This document shows positions 37,832-56,812 of a DNA stretch of 64,000 nt, in pieces. The stretch is taken from assembly GCA_030704615.1 (NCBI GenBank), contig CM060733.1, positions 27,280,001 to 27,344,000 on the forward strand. Reading direction: 5' to 3'. This DNA comes from Takakia lepidozioides. Lineage: Eukaryota; Plantae; Bryophyta. The notes beneath the pieces were generated by a model. It was given only the letters and a program-made list of their open reading frames with translations, was not told the DNA's origin and did no database searches. How positions within the stretch are numbered: the stretch's first letter is position 1; the number at the start of each line of letters is the position of its first letter. Made by a program: the position numbers and the translations under genes.

Positions 37832-38857
37832 TTACACTACCTCTTGATAGAAAAAAACGGACACAAGATTCTGGTCTCTCCACATGCGCACACTCTCGGC
37901 ATCATCAGCGTGTTTTTTGAAGGTTTGCCACGTACGTTTCTTGACAAGGTTGTGAACATCTTGCTCCAACAAGAAATCATCACGGGTCCATGCATCGCCC
38001 AAGCCGGTGTTGTTCATCACGTGCTCTTTATGCTCCATCTTGATTTGGGCGATCGACAGGCCTCGACACAAACACTCGATGACCCAGGCTTTCAATTCCT
38101 CGCTAATGTGTGGTGCATAGGCGTGCGGGTGTTCCTGAACTCTGCGGACTTCCCATGCAAGGGTTTTCATTGCGCATCTGTATGCTTCATGTTGTTGTAG
38201 TACGTGAGGACACAGATGGCATGGGCGAGAGAGCATTGCTGGACCTTGAAACAACATTGGCAACCACACTTGTAAGACTCTCCATACTCCGACTTCTTTC
38301 TTCTTGGGCCTTTATGAGGGCAAGATGTTCCAGCACCCACTTCTGTTTTGGATCCTCCACTATTGCTTTGTTGGTGCGCTTGTCATCAGGACCGTAGCAG
38401 TATTGATACCTGGACATAAAATTCAAAAATCGATATCCAACGACTTGTGGAAGATAGAATCAGAGAACTCGTGAAACAAAAAATGGCAACAGACATGCAA
38501 TGAAACGTCAAAAGGACTGAGGACGGTGCACACATAATACTGGACAAAAATGTGTTGGCTCTGGGCGCTTTTCGCGTGCCGGGTTCCACTTTAGAATGGA
38601 CACTCACCCAAAACTGAGTGGGGTAGTCCTCTAAACTCTCCTCTCCCAGGACAAAGTCACCAACTCTATCCCAAGGTATGCAGACCTTTTCAACATTCAT
38701 TCGCACACCTATAAAACCCATATTGCGTCTCACTCTTCCAATGGAGATCCTTCCTGTTGAAGGGTCCTGGTTTTGCTGTTTGCAAACATTGTCGAAGAGG
38801 CCGTAAAAGCAGGCTTTCCGTGATCAGTATATCATCGGGTTTTGCTTCCACGTCCAT
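37832..38857 (-). pseudogene. N-terminal part of a MULE transposase (At1g60560/At4g13970-like type), truncated
   Basis: IPWDRVGDFVLGEE, YCYGPDD, APHISEELK, RDDFLLEQDVHNL and DDAESVRMW..VFFYQE resemble the N-terminus of the plant SWIM/MULE protein family. It reads inward from the right TIR; the catalytic and SWIM parts are absent. Confidence 0.72.
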
Positions 38858-40136
38858 GCCATATACAATACAAAGGACACGCTTCTGAACCTGCAAGAAA
38901 CGCGCCGCAGTACCCAAGACACGTAATGTGCCAGGAGAACAATGCGCACGTTCGTGGCTGTTGGCAAGCGGCAGACTGCAGGGATAAAGGTTTGAATTGC
39001 AGCCCTAAAAATGGAGGGCTCCGATGGGTTATGGGAACGGACGGTGGAGATCCTGCGCCATCAGCGGACTAGATGGCAGGGGACTGGCGGGCATACTGCT
39101 AGGCAGCGGACTTGCAGACAAGGGCAGCGGACTCATTGGCGGGGGACTGGCCGCGTGGCGGACGGGGGCGTGGGCGGGGCGGGCGCAGACGCGGTTGCTG
39201 CAGCCGCGCCCACGGCTGGCCGACCGCGCGCAGCGGCAAGTGGGGCGGACGGAGCCAGGCGTCCGTGCGCGGGCCCACCGGCCACTTGGCACGTGCCCAT
39301 TGAAGACGCTATTATCTTAAAATGAGAGGCGATTGTGGATCCCTAGCAGATACACAAATTCGAGAGACCTGTCAAGAGCAAAGAGTGAAGATTCTGATCA
39401 CACATTACGAACACACGTGCATGTTCCCACTCTCATAGTTTAGGCTCCCCAGAAAACCCAATCATTTAGTGAAGCCTGCACGGACACTTTATTCATCCAT
39501 ACTCATCTGAACTGGATGGATTCGTCTTGAGCCAAATGCTCTTTCGTTCATTATGTGGATGAGAAGCAGGTGGTGGTTGAGAAAATGAGTGCGGGCCTAA
39601 TTTTGGTCCTGTCACCTTGTCTTATGCCAACACTAACAAAATAAAGTTCTGGCAGCTGACGTGTGATAGAGGAATAAGGGAATCATTTTCTCCAATGAAA
39701 GATGGCCACCTGGCTGTTTAGATTACGTCTTATTTTATATAGAAAGCATTCTCGGGGCTTGGGCTCTCGACAGTGGGAGTTGGTGTGCTTGGTGTGCGTT
39801 CCGAAGGTCCCTGGAACTGACGAGGGGCCTTGCACGGCAACGGATGGCATCAGTTCCGCATGTGCCCCGCAGAGAGGCGCCATAAAAGCTGTGCGAGGCA
39901 AACCAGCGCTTGAGAAGCGAGTGTACAAGTGGTGTGATGTTTCGCTGCGGAGCTGCCCGGGAGTTCGACATCCGTTGCTTTGCTGTGGATTACAGCTCGT
40001 GATTTTGAGAAGTGGCTTTGCAGACTTTAGTGTACGGCATTGCGCAGGGTTTGTGGACAGCAGAGCACGAAATTGATCCAAATTGATGCGGAGAGAGGGA
40101 TAGAGATCGAGGTGGATAAAGTAAGAGGAGAGCGAG

Positions 40137-42512
40137 ATGAGAGAAAGCGTGGAAGCATCCGTCCAGCTACCTCAGCACAGCAACTGGGGAGCTCACGACA
40201 GTGTTGGGCTGCTAGTGTTGGCCAGCATTCTCGGCGCAATAGCAATCCACTATTTCTTCGTGAGAAAGCCATCTGGACTACCTCCCGGACCACGCCCATG
40301 GCCGATCGTAGGCAATCTTCCGCTCTTGGGTCACATGCCGCACCAGTCGTTGGCGCACCTGGCTCAGAAGTTTGGGCCGCTGATGTACCTCAGGCTGGGA
40401 ACGACGCACGCTGTCGTTGCATCCTCCCCAGACATGGCAAGAGAGTTTTTGAGGACCCACGATCAAGTGTTTGTCAACCGACCAGACGGTTTGGTTTCGC
40501 ATTTATTCAGTGGCCATACCAAGTTTGTGATGGCTAATGGCGCACAGTGGAAGCATTTGCGTAAGCAGTGCCTACTTGAGCTCTTCACTCAGAATCGCCC
40601 GGACTCGTTCCGACCTGGGAGAACAGAAGACATAACGACGATAATCAAGACCATCCTTCAGGAGTCGCAGGAGGGGACAGTGGTGGACCTTAATTTCACG
40701 CTGTGGTCTCTCACTGCTAACAACATGACGCGCATGCTGATGAACAAAAGGTAAATCTCAAAAGCTTGATTTCTCTTCTGTTCAAACATGGAGTTGCTTG
40801 AGCAATTTTTCTGTCGCGCTTGAGAGCGAGTTGATGTGCAAATAAAGGGAGCCGACAATTACTTAGTCTATGCGGTCTTCTGGTGAAATGAAGATTAAGT
40901 TACGCAATTTGCTTGGGAGGTCCTATATTCTTTGGATGCAACGAACCAAAGTAGATGCTGTACGTAGGCTATTTATTTACTGTACAAAGGACAATGTGTT
41001 GTACTCAAGAGGAAGTCTCAAGAGGAAGTCTCTAATCTCAAGAGTGAAGTCTCTAGTCTCTCTCAAAATAGGAAAATCAAATCGTGCAATGCTTGAGAGG
41101 TCCTACTGATTGACAGTTCAGTCCCTGCTCAATCTATTACTCATTCCTCCAGTCCTGATATGTGATCTATGCAGTTTTGAAAGGACTAGATTTTCCGTCC
41201 AACATATAAATCTTCCCCAGACCCAAATTTAGTAAGATACATTGATATGCATTACGCTGCAAAGCTCATGAATAAACAATATGGTTCCTACTCTCAGGTA
41301 CTTCACGAAGGACGGAGAAAGCCAGCAAGAAGCGCAAAGCTTCAAGAGTATCATTGAACAGCTCCAGAGATGGTCTGGGAAGTTCATTATTGGCGACCTC
41401 AATCGCAGCTTACGGTGGGTGTCAAAGCTACAAGGTGTCGACACCTCTATAAGGAAGCTGAGTGGCCAAGTTTTTCATTTTTTTCAAGCGAGTGATTGAC
41501 GAACACAGAGAAGCGGCAACTGGCGGTACAGGGAGTAAAACTGGATCAACTGCCGACTTTGTCGACGTTCTGCTCTCTATGCCTTCGGAAGATGGCAAGG
41601 GCCATCTCTCCGATGAAACCATACGAATCGTGATCCTGGTAAGATTCTGAATTGCTTTTCGTGAACTGACTCTGATTTGAGGCGAGGGGACTCTGGGGGC
41701 CAGGTGGTTGCAATGGTACGGATGCAGTCTCCATTATGATGCAACATGGTTGATTGTGTTACTCTGCTCTTGATTCTTGAATGGAAATCCATATGAGATG
41801 GGTTAGGAAGTAGAATTGGCTTACACGATCTGAGACATATCTTGATGTTGGTGTTTTTATAATTATATGTGAATGTAGAATTTGATGCAAGCTGGATCGG
41901 ACACATCCTCGGTCACAACAGAGTGGGCTATGACAGAGCTTCTGCGCCACCCTGATGCCATGAAGCGCGTACAGGACGAGCTGGACGCTGTGGTGGGAAC
42001 CAGTCGGGCTTGTCCAGGAATCAGACCTCCCACATTTGAAGTATCTGATTGTCGTGGTGAAGGAGACCTTCCGCCTCCACCCCCCCCCCCCGCTCCACTG
42101 CTGCTTCCACACGAGTCTAGCGAGGCATGTCAAGTTGCGAGTTACAATCTGCCACCCAAAACCCGGTTGGTCGTCAATGTGTGGGCTATGGGGCGGGATC
42201 CTTCTATCTGGGAGAGACCCCTCGAGTTTGAACCTGAGATTTGTGGAGCATTCTGAGATTGATGTGAAAGGCCAACACTTCCAGCTTATACCATTCGGGA
42301 CCGGGAGACCTGGATGTCTGGGACAGTCCCTGGGACTACTCATGGTGCATCTTGTATTAGCTCGCCTTCTTCAGAGCTTCAACTGGTCTCTACCGTAAGG
42401 GCAGGACCCCAACACTTTGGACATGTCTGAACACTTCGGACTCACACTGAGCAGGGTACAACCACTGGAAGCTGTTGCAGAGCCACGTTTGCCTGCCCAT
42501 TTGTATGACTGA
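40137..42512 (+). pseudogene. Cytochrome P450, CYP71 clan (A-type) pseudogene
   Basis: TM anchor, LPPGPRPWPIVGNL, AGSDTSS (I-helix), KETFR, and a degenerate heme motif PFGTGRPGCLG. Exons at about 40137-40750, 41298-41638 and 41890-42512; several frameshifts and a premature TAA at 42396. Confidence 0.88.
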
Positions 42513-44779
42513 ATCGTTGTGATCAAACTCAATGAGGTACCCCACAGTTTGTCTGAAACTGTGGACAACGCTGGACAGATCATTGCAGGGTCCTCAAATG
42601 AAGAATCATGATCAAGTGGAAATAGAAGTCTACCTCTGAAACTTCTGAGCAGCCTTGGCATTTGACATCCAGAATTCCAGAGCTTGACAATATGCTTTTA
42701 TGTAGTTTGTATATGAGATTGTAAAGTGGTGTACAGTGTGATGACGCAAACGCTCCGCTCAGTGAGGGGGCAGTGAGGGCTTTGCCAGAAGGTCTCTGGG
42801 CTTATGCTTCCCAAGTTTCTCCTTTTAAATAAGAAAAACACAACAAAATAAGGGGCTGTCGTGGTATTGTATAGATAGAGTACGGTTGCTACTACGGTTT
42901 CCAGGTACCTGTACCATGGGTTTATATACAAAATACTTGTACTACGTTGTGGGTGCACAAGGGTGGTGGGTTTGTGTACACTGACATATTGGAGGATGTC
43001 CAGAATAGCCGGCTGTGTTGATGAGAGAGGGGAGGAGAGTGATGGACTGCGCATATAAAGAACATGTTCAAGCATCGATTTGGACTCAATTTTTACCTCA
43101 TTTTGGTCTGAGAGGAGAGGGAGATGGAGAAGGCCAAGCAAGATCTGTGTGCAACAATGTCCATATGATTGCTTCAATCTTCGATCATATAAACTTCACA
43201 TTCAGATGGTCTCCCAGCTTGTCAAAAGGTGTGGACATAGCTGCAGATTCAAGTAAATAAGCCCCGTTGAATTGGATGTGTTGACAGGTTTTTGATATTC
43301 TCTCAGTGAGTATGATTTTGCTCATGCTCTGTGTAAAGTTGGATGCTAATTACATCTTTTGGGTTCTGTGGACTACAAACTTTGTACAATTTTTGTGGTC
43401 TCTTCTATATTGTTTGACTTGGTGGGATATGTTTGTCGTGGTGCACAGGAGTAACAGTGTTCCTGTGTGGAGCAGCAGCTGCAATACTAGGGAACAAGTG
43501 CAACGTACCCACATTGATGCTTGCGAATCTCATTGCCACACCTGTAGAACTAATGTAGGCTTTCCTGTTGATTACTGAAATCCTACTAGGAGAGGTTGGG
43601 ATTAGTCACATACTCAATTTGTGTAGGTTTGCCAATGGTGATTTTGTTACTCTTGTTCTAGTTCTTTGCAGTTAGTGGTATGGAATTTGGTTCTTTATGA
43701 CTCATGGGTGGTCTGATTGGGGCATATGTAAACCAGTTCAGAATCATCTGTACGTGTTGTCTTGTTCCACCCGTTGTGCTGACATTTTGTCATGATTGGC
43801 GTGCTTGGATGGATGCAGCTTGGTAGTCCCCTTTCTGCGGTTGGGTGAACTGTTACTGGGTGGGCATCCTTTCATGCACTTTGGAAGGCAGTTACCTTAA
43901 AGGCTTCTAGCAAAGTACTGGGGGCACTTTTCACATGCCGTGAGTGTTGGTTTCACCTCCAATTTCGTAGGAGGTAGTAGACAGTCTTCTTGTTCTGGTT
44001 GTTGAGCTGTCAAATGAGACTTCTAGGACAAGCGTAGTCTATCCTAGGTCTGTGCTGCTTGACAGTGTTAGTTCCATTGTCATGGATATGCTTGGGGCTC
44101 TTTCTCCTTAAAACTTGAGCCAGTATAGTCTTTAATTATACTTTTGATTTGGGAAACTTCCTGATGCTTCAGCTAGCAAGTCAGGTTTGAAGGGGTGACT
44201 GGTAGTTATGGGCTAAAAGGGTTCAGTAGAGTAGATGTGTGTTATCATCCTGATTATGTTTATCCTGGAGTTGCAAGCTTGAATTACTGAAAGGGGTCAT
44301 GAGATTTTTATTTGATGAGATTTTGGATTTTGTTAAACACAACTTCAGGTTCGGGCTTTGTTATGTCATCTCAGACATGGGGTGCAGTTCCAACTTGGAA
44401 TTGTATATGTACTTCAACTGAGTAATACTCATCTTTGAGCATGGGATGGGTGGTGGTGCGTAGTTTTGGCAGTTGGTGGGTTGGGTGATTGCTGCACCCT
44501 TATGTCCTTGTATATTCTCTTTCTGCCATTGTTGCACCGTGCTCGACAGCGTTTCGCTGCCAGCGATCTTCCCATAAGCCAATCATTGGTCCTGCTGAGT
44601 GAGGAGGTTGCTTCTCCGAGTAAAGATGCAGTCTTGCAATTAATTCTTTTTCTCCGATTGATATTTCACATTCCATTTTTTGTAGATACATAGATTTCCA
44701 AATTCAAATTCAGGTGGATTGTATTATCAAGACATACACCTTCATATAATTGTCTTCATTGCTTGATACATTCAACTGG

Positions 44780-50097
<5,318 letters not shown>

Positions 50098-51469
50098 TCA
50101 AGAAAAGTGCCTTGCCAATGAAAACCGTAGGTGATATTCTCAGAAAACAAGAACGGGATGATCATATCCCATTGAATCAAAAACACTGCTTAGGATTCAC
50201 AGTAAGCCTAACTCATGACTGCCCACTTGTGAATCGTTTTCTAACCATAATACGTACAACAGTACATGGCCTACAGAAGGAGGGAGAGTGGGATAGGAGA
50301 CAAAAAGATTCACGTTTTTTGAATCGCTCTTCGCGGGTAAAATTTATTTCAATTATACTGAAATGCTCTAGGGTCATTCTACCGCTGGAGCTGTTCCTCC
50401 TAGTGATTCAGTGTCACATTTCGGCTACCGATAATTTGAGTCAGTATCTGGGCTGGTTTGCATCCAGGTCAGCAAAAGCCCAGCATCGTTGAAATTCTTC
50501 ACATTGAAAACGTCTGAAGTAGTTGCCTCTACCCATGCGCATTATTATGTTGGGTCTGTACTTGCCATGAGAGCTAGTGAAAACCCCTTAAACCTCTGAA
50601 ATCCCTAGGAATGGACCAAAGGTCACGTAAATTTGATCCAATCCACAGACGCACGTCGACCAGATGTGCGTCCATGTATGAACCACTCTTAATAAAAGAA
50701 CTGACTCCAAGGAAAACAGCTTCCAGATCCTGTAAGTCCTATCCTATGAGTCTGCATTGCGTTTGCCAAGACGAAACGAGTGGACAACACTTCAAAGTCT
50801 CGACCGTGAACTCAATTGATCAATCTCAATTTAGCGGTGGACAAACTTAGCGCCAATTCCCAAACCCTAGTTCCTTGCAAAGCTGCAGCAGGCTGGACAA
50901 GTTTTCAGCAGGCTTACCAGTGTCGGTACTTTGGTGTTGTAATGAAAGCGACACACAAAGAATGTCGATAGTGCCCCAGTACGAAATTCTGTAAAATTCC
51001 TGACAAGGGAGGATATTGCAATGGAGCAGCCAATGCGGACCGAGAACAACGTGGAGAGAGACACCAGCGCAAGAGGGAGCATATGGGAAGAGACAACCCA
51101 CAAAAGAATCCTCTTCTTAAGAAAGACCTTCCTTCTATGTCGTCGCTGAGTGTGAGAGAGCTGAGAGAGGAGTGTAGATGCCGTGCCGTGTTATGCCTCT
51201 ATTACTCTAAGCGACGACCGAGAGTCGGAGACTAGTTTAGCGTAGAGCAGGAATAGGGTGCTATAGTTCCACGTCATCGTAACCATGCCATCGTCACCAC
51301 GTCATCATCGTCACGCCACGTCGTCGTCAGCCACGTCATCGTCATCATTTTTGTGTGTTTGTAACGGAACCACGCACAGTCGGCAGCGATCAATGATCTC
51401 TTGTTGGTTTGTCAGGACAGTGAGGCTTTCTCTCTCAAGCAGCGCAGCATTCAGGGTTTCCAGCATCTG

Positions 51470-52290
51470 GCCTCTCAAGTGTTTCGTAGTATGGCTGAAC
51501 GGGATGTGATCTCATGGAGTGCAATGATCAGAGATTGTGCCCAGCATGGCTATGCTGAGAGAGGTTGTACGACTATTTGAGGAGATGCAACAGGAAGGCT
51601 TGAAGCCGAACAGTATCACATTAAATGCTTATGCTCGGCATGTAGCCATATGGGCCTAGTGGATGAAGGCCGTCACGACTTTGAGTCAATGAGTCACAAT
51701 CATAGCCTTACTACTACAGTTGAGCATTTTGGCTGCATGGTGGACCTTCTCGGCCGGGCAGACCGGTGGGTGAGGCAGAGGAGTTCATTTACAAAATGCC
51801 AATCAAACCAGGTTCTGTAGTGTGGATGGCCTTGCTTGATGCCTGCAAAATTCATGGTCATGTGGAGGTTGCAGAACGTGCGGTAAAAAGCATTCTGAAG
51901 AGTGATCCATAGGATGCTGCAGCTTTTGTCCTGCTTTCGAACATCTATGCTGCAGCAGGCAGGTGGGACAATAAATCAGAGGTGAGAAAAATGATGGAGC
52001 GAAGAGGTAGTGGGAAGGAGCTAGGGTGCAGCTGCATTGAGGTTCATGACTGGGTGCAAACACTGATTGTGGAGGGTGAATGGCATTCACGAATAGAGGA
52101 TATTGGCGTTGAGCTGAAGAGGTTGTCTGGGTAGATGAAGGAGGCCAGAACATGAATGACACATGCAACAGTTGGTCTTTTTTCGACTAACAAGCACATC
52201 CCCTGGGACACCTATCTGCATCATTGGTACTGCAGGTTTGTGGTGAGTGCCGCACTGCCACCAGGTTTATGTTGAAGATTGTTAGGCAAG
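51470..52290 (+). pseudogene. PLS-E-DYW PPR pseudogene fragment
   Basis: ERDVISWSAMI, GLVDEG, EHFGCMVDLLGRA, FVLLSNIYAAAGRW, GCSCIEV and VCGECRTATRF, with many stops and frameshifts. Confidence 0.85.
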
Positions 52291-53485
52291 CAGTTGATGA
52301 AAAGAGTATCACGCAAAAGGAGTAGCACGAAACCCGTTGTTTGTCTCATTATATTAAATTCTTCAATTATTGTATGGTTTATTTCTGTGCCTAGTTCTGT
52401 CCCTAAACCCTAATAACATGCCTTTTAAGCAGAATTCGAAAGTTCACAGCAAGAGGATGCTTCGGCCACCGCAGCACACGCGGAGGCGGAGGCACTCTTA
52501 TCAAGTAGTCCTCACAGAGTAATCCTAAAATCTCTCTCAATTGCCCCTTAGTAAAGTGCTGCTCATTCAATGCCCACTGAGTGAGGACATCAATAGCATG
52601 TTTATACCAGTGTTGGGCGGTTCTTGCCTTTGTGAAGGAACCTTCTGTTCCGGTTCCACAAATTTTTGAAGAGACGGTTCCGGATCCGGATTATTAAGGC
52701 GGTTCCGGTCCGGTTCAGGTTCTGACTTTTTAACATGGGGGCGGTTCCGGTTACTGGTTAGTTGCTGGAAAAAAAACACCGGTTCCGGTTAACCAGTTGC
52801 TGGAAAAAAAACACCGGTTCCGGTTAGGTTCCGGTTCTTTTTTAAAAATATATTAAATTCTTTTAATTTTTTATTCTTCTGGAAAATTAGATGAATTGAT
52901 CTGATTGGTCATTCTGAGAATTTTCAACTAAAACCAGGGAATTTATTAGTAAAACAGAAGTAAATAAACTTATATGTTTTTTGTGATTGTCTTTTATGGT
53001 ATATATAACTAGTTATATACGCATGGTCTCCATTAAAAACGGAAAACCAGAGATTTTATAAGTTGTCGTACGGTGTAGCAAAGAACAACTAAAACAAACT
53101 AACTACATAAGGATCTTAATTCAAAATACAAAACAAATTAAACATGTGTAATTCTATGGTTACCTTTTATGGTGCAGCAAAAGCACAACTAAAAAAAACT
53201 ACATAAATTTGTGTTTTTTGGATGATGCTTTGTCAATATAGCATACAACAAACTAAGTACACGGGATGTCACTGAAATTTTCAATAAAAATGACAAATAA
53301 ACAAACTCCAATCAAAGGAATATAGTGTAATATGTTCAACAATAATTTGTCTCTAAGACAAATCAGTCTACCTCAAAGAGGTTTGCCTCTGTAATCAAGT
53401 CCTCATTCTCATCTAAGAGGACTTCTTCCCTATCCAAAAACTCTTTCATGGAAGTACTAAAGCAACCAAATCTATCATCATTTGG

Positions 53486-55843
53486 CTAATTCTTGACTAC
53501 ACTCACAAGCATATCAAGGTTTTCAATATTTAACCTGCACCGTCTCAAGTTTGTTATGACACCTGCAATACTAAAAACCCTCTCAGCTTCAATCTGAGAT
53601 CCAACTATGCCCAAAATTAGCCGTGCCAAAAATCCCACATACGGAAAGAGAGACTCGTGTTCTTTCCACCATTTCAAAGGAGCCACGCACTCACCCTCAT
53701 TTATCTTCGTCCTTCTGAAATGTGATAGTTGTTCTCTCACCACTGTCAATGTCATGTCTTCATTGTGGTCATGCACACCAAATAAGGACATCTCGTCCAT
53801 TGTGGAAGTGGGCTGTGATTGGGCCGGAGTATCCGGATGTAAGACCTTGAAACACTTTACCAAAAGAGGCTCTAACACCATACTATCATATTGGGACACA
53901 ATATGCAAAGCACGCTCTTTGCCCACATATTGTGATACCAATGACAACCCCTTGTAACGTGGGTCAAGCATAAGCGCGAGCATATTGTGAGCTTTGCGCG
54001 ATTGAAACCCTTCCAAAAAAGAAAGAAATGGTTCCAAGACATATACCACCTCTCGAGCCATCCGCCATTCCAACAATGTCAACTATGTTGAGAAATCCCC
54101 CATGCAATGATCCACAGTTGCAGCCCCCCCAGCACTACTTCCTCGCATGCGAATTGTTGTGGCAATGGCTGCATTAAGAGCATCGGACAACAACCAAAAT
54201 CCCCCAGATTGATTCATAATGCACTCATGAACCACAGGCCCTAGAACTGTAGAAATTGATTGGGCAATGGCCCACACTTGTGGACTTGGTATGCGAGACT
54301 GCAGTGCCAATGAGGTTTGCCTAGAGTAACAAGTGATTATGGCTTGCCTAAACTCCAAAGTCTCTTGGAAGAGGATCACCTTGGAAGCAAACCGTGTCTT
54401 CACCGGAGTCTTCAGTTTGCGGGGATGAATGTCGCTGTCCACACATGCCTTTGCCCATTCTTGTCTCCATTTGCCACTTTTTTTGGTCCAAGTAATGGTT
54501 TTTTGCAACTCTGATTGGGCATTTTTTATAGAAACCGATCTCATATCTGCGCATACTTTTGCATCATTTGTTGCATACTGGCAACACTTGGACATTGCAT
54601 GCCCAAAACAGCTACCCACAAATGGAGAATCCAACCCCAAACACGCACATGAGACCACCGAATTCAAAGCATTGGTCAAAGTGGCCAAGTTACCTCCCTC
54701 ATCTTTGACGTAAGCAATAATGCGAGTATTGAGGCCATACTTCACAAGAAGATTGTTGACTTGATGTGCCATGGCAGCCCCAGATGTGTCAAATGTCTCA
54801 AACATGCCAAGAGTCACATGACATTGCTCCCACTGTTCATTAATAAAGTGCGCTATGATGACAAAAGTGTCAGTTCCCCCTCTTGACATCCACAAATCAA
54901 AACTCACGGAGCAAGTAGCACAACTCTGAAGAGATGGGGACATGTAGCGCTCTTTCGTCTTCTCTGCCAAGATTGGAATGGCCTCATTCACAAATGTCCG
55001 TCGAGAAGGGAAAACAATCCGAGGATTTTGCCTCAACACCATCCTTCTTAGCCAAGGGGATTCTACCAAAGACAGTGGAACCAACTCCTTTGCAATGAAT
55101 AAGACTAAATCCTCATTGAACTGCTTCTGTTGATCATCATTTTGGTTGTATGGAGTGGAGCTCCTAAAAAAAAAAACTATGTTTCCAGGAGTGGGGCCGG
55201 GCCTCTTTTTGGCTGGCCTACGGGCCTTCTCAGGTCCTTCATTTTCCCTCTCAATCCACCTACGCAAAACAATGTCATGTTCTTGATCCACATGCTTTCG
55301 AAGGGCAGAGATACCATTGGTTTTATTATAGGTCACAATGCCCTTCTTGCTTGCAGGAGTGACACCAACAGGATGACATAGAACACACCTCATTTGTTGT
55401 GGATTTGTTATGTCCACTGGAGCAGAGTCTTTTGTTGCATAGAATGCCCATGTCGAAGCAGTGCGACTGTGGGGCTTCCAAAAATCCCGTTGTTTGTCAA
55501 GTACTGGGAGCTGCGCCTCCACATCCAACACCGTGTGTGATGGCGAAACTGTGGAAGATGACATTGCAGCCGAGGCTTGATGAGCTGATGTAAATGAGGC
55601 TTCATGATGAGCATCCTCCGCAACATGGCACTCCACCAAAGCTCTCTCATTATCAACATTGATGTCAGGAACAACTTCCCTTTCTAGTTCATCGAAAATA
55701 TTGGGCTCCATGACATAAAAAGCTTGTGGAACAACTCCTGTGTAAAAACAATGCAAACAAAGAATCCAAAAGGCATTTAATAATTGTGCACAACTCATAT
55801 ATTTACAACTAAAAATGTAAACAACTAAAAAAATAAAGCTCAA
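53486..55843 (-). pseudogene. hAT transposase (BED finger, DDE, hATC dimerisation domain) with one premature stop
   Basis: BED finger W..CVLC..LRKHVDQEH, SFDLW, KDEGGN, CFGH, KTRF, LDPRYK and PLKWWK..SQIEAERVFS. An in-frame TAG at 54083-54085 separates two same-frame ORFs. The true 5' end is probably spliced. Confidence 0.9.
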
Positions 55844-56812
55844 TGAAAGGGAGTTACAAGCGGGTAATGGTGGCTGGTTGGCAGGTCCCTCCCTACTTTG
55901 GGCTCCCTCCCTCTCATGCAGAATCTGCTATAACAGAAGCCAAAGGGGCCATCTCATTAACCCCCAATTGTATCAAGAATTAAAAAAATTTAAAGAAAGA
56001 GAAGATACTTACCAGTGATGATCAATGTGGGCTGGTTGGCGGGCCCCTCTTTGCTTGTGCTCCCTCCAATGTAAAATCTACCCTAGTGGAGCAAGGGCTA
56101 TCAGCCCCTTGGTATATCATCAAAGAAAACAGGAAATAATAATAATAAAAATAATGATGATCAATGATTACCATGGACCAAGGGGCCTGGTTGCAGGTGG
56201 GCCCTCCTTACTCGTCCTCCTTACCTCTTGCACCACATGCCATAGCAGAAAAGGAGGAAGCTGATTAGCTTCATGGTGAACTAAAGCTAAAAACAGTAAA
56301 ATAACCAAAAGTGGTGGATGCTTACCAACGTCACTAACTCTACTTGCTACAGCATTGATATCCACTCGATTGCTTAGATCATTCTCTTTTGAAAAGCCCT
56401 CTCTAGTAGCTGAACAACACTTGGAGACGACTGGATGACTAAATTACTGACAACCAAGACCAGGTTGACTTTCAAGTGAAGACAGCCAGAATGCAGTGCC
56501 ACGTGGAGTAGCCAGAAACTATGAACGAGAGAGCCCCTGAAGGAGAGGATGGAAGAGACGGGGGGATGGCTGCTCACATACCTCCTCTCGCCAGTCAACA
56601 TTGTTCAAGATTCTCCGACACACAGCGAAAAGAGGAACACCCTTGTACAAAACCTACATAAGCACCTTATTCAGCTCCACTTGCAGCTATCCTACCATCC
56701 CACAATAGAACTTCTTGGAAATGAACAGTGCGGAGACCCCTCTAATTTGGTGCAAATCAATTCTGCCAATACAATAACCCACAGAATGGTGAACAAAAGA
56801 AAAGGGGGTTAC

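Larger units (their letters stand above)
16865..39330. mobile_element. Mutator-like element (MULE), 22.5 kb including nested insertions
   Basis: Long TIRs beginning GCCTCTCATTTTAAGATAATAG(T/C)GTCTTCAATGGGCACGTGC at both ends, with inverted similarity extending to about 17135 and 38997. Exact 9-bp TSD GATTGTGGA at 16856-16864 and 39331-39339. Confidence 0.92.

Noticed and set aside
50867-51103. First coding exon of NTRC
   Set aside because: It has a GTAAG donor, but the phase from its ATG does not fit the 50063 exon and it is not clearly a transit peptide.
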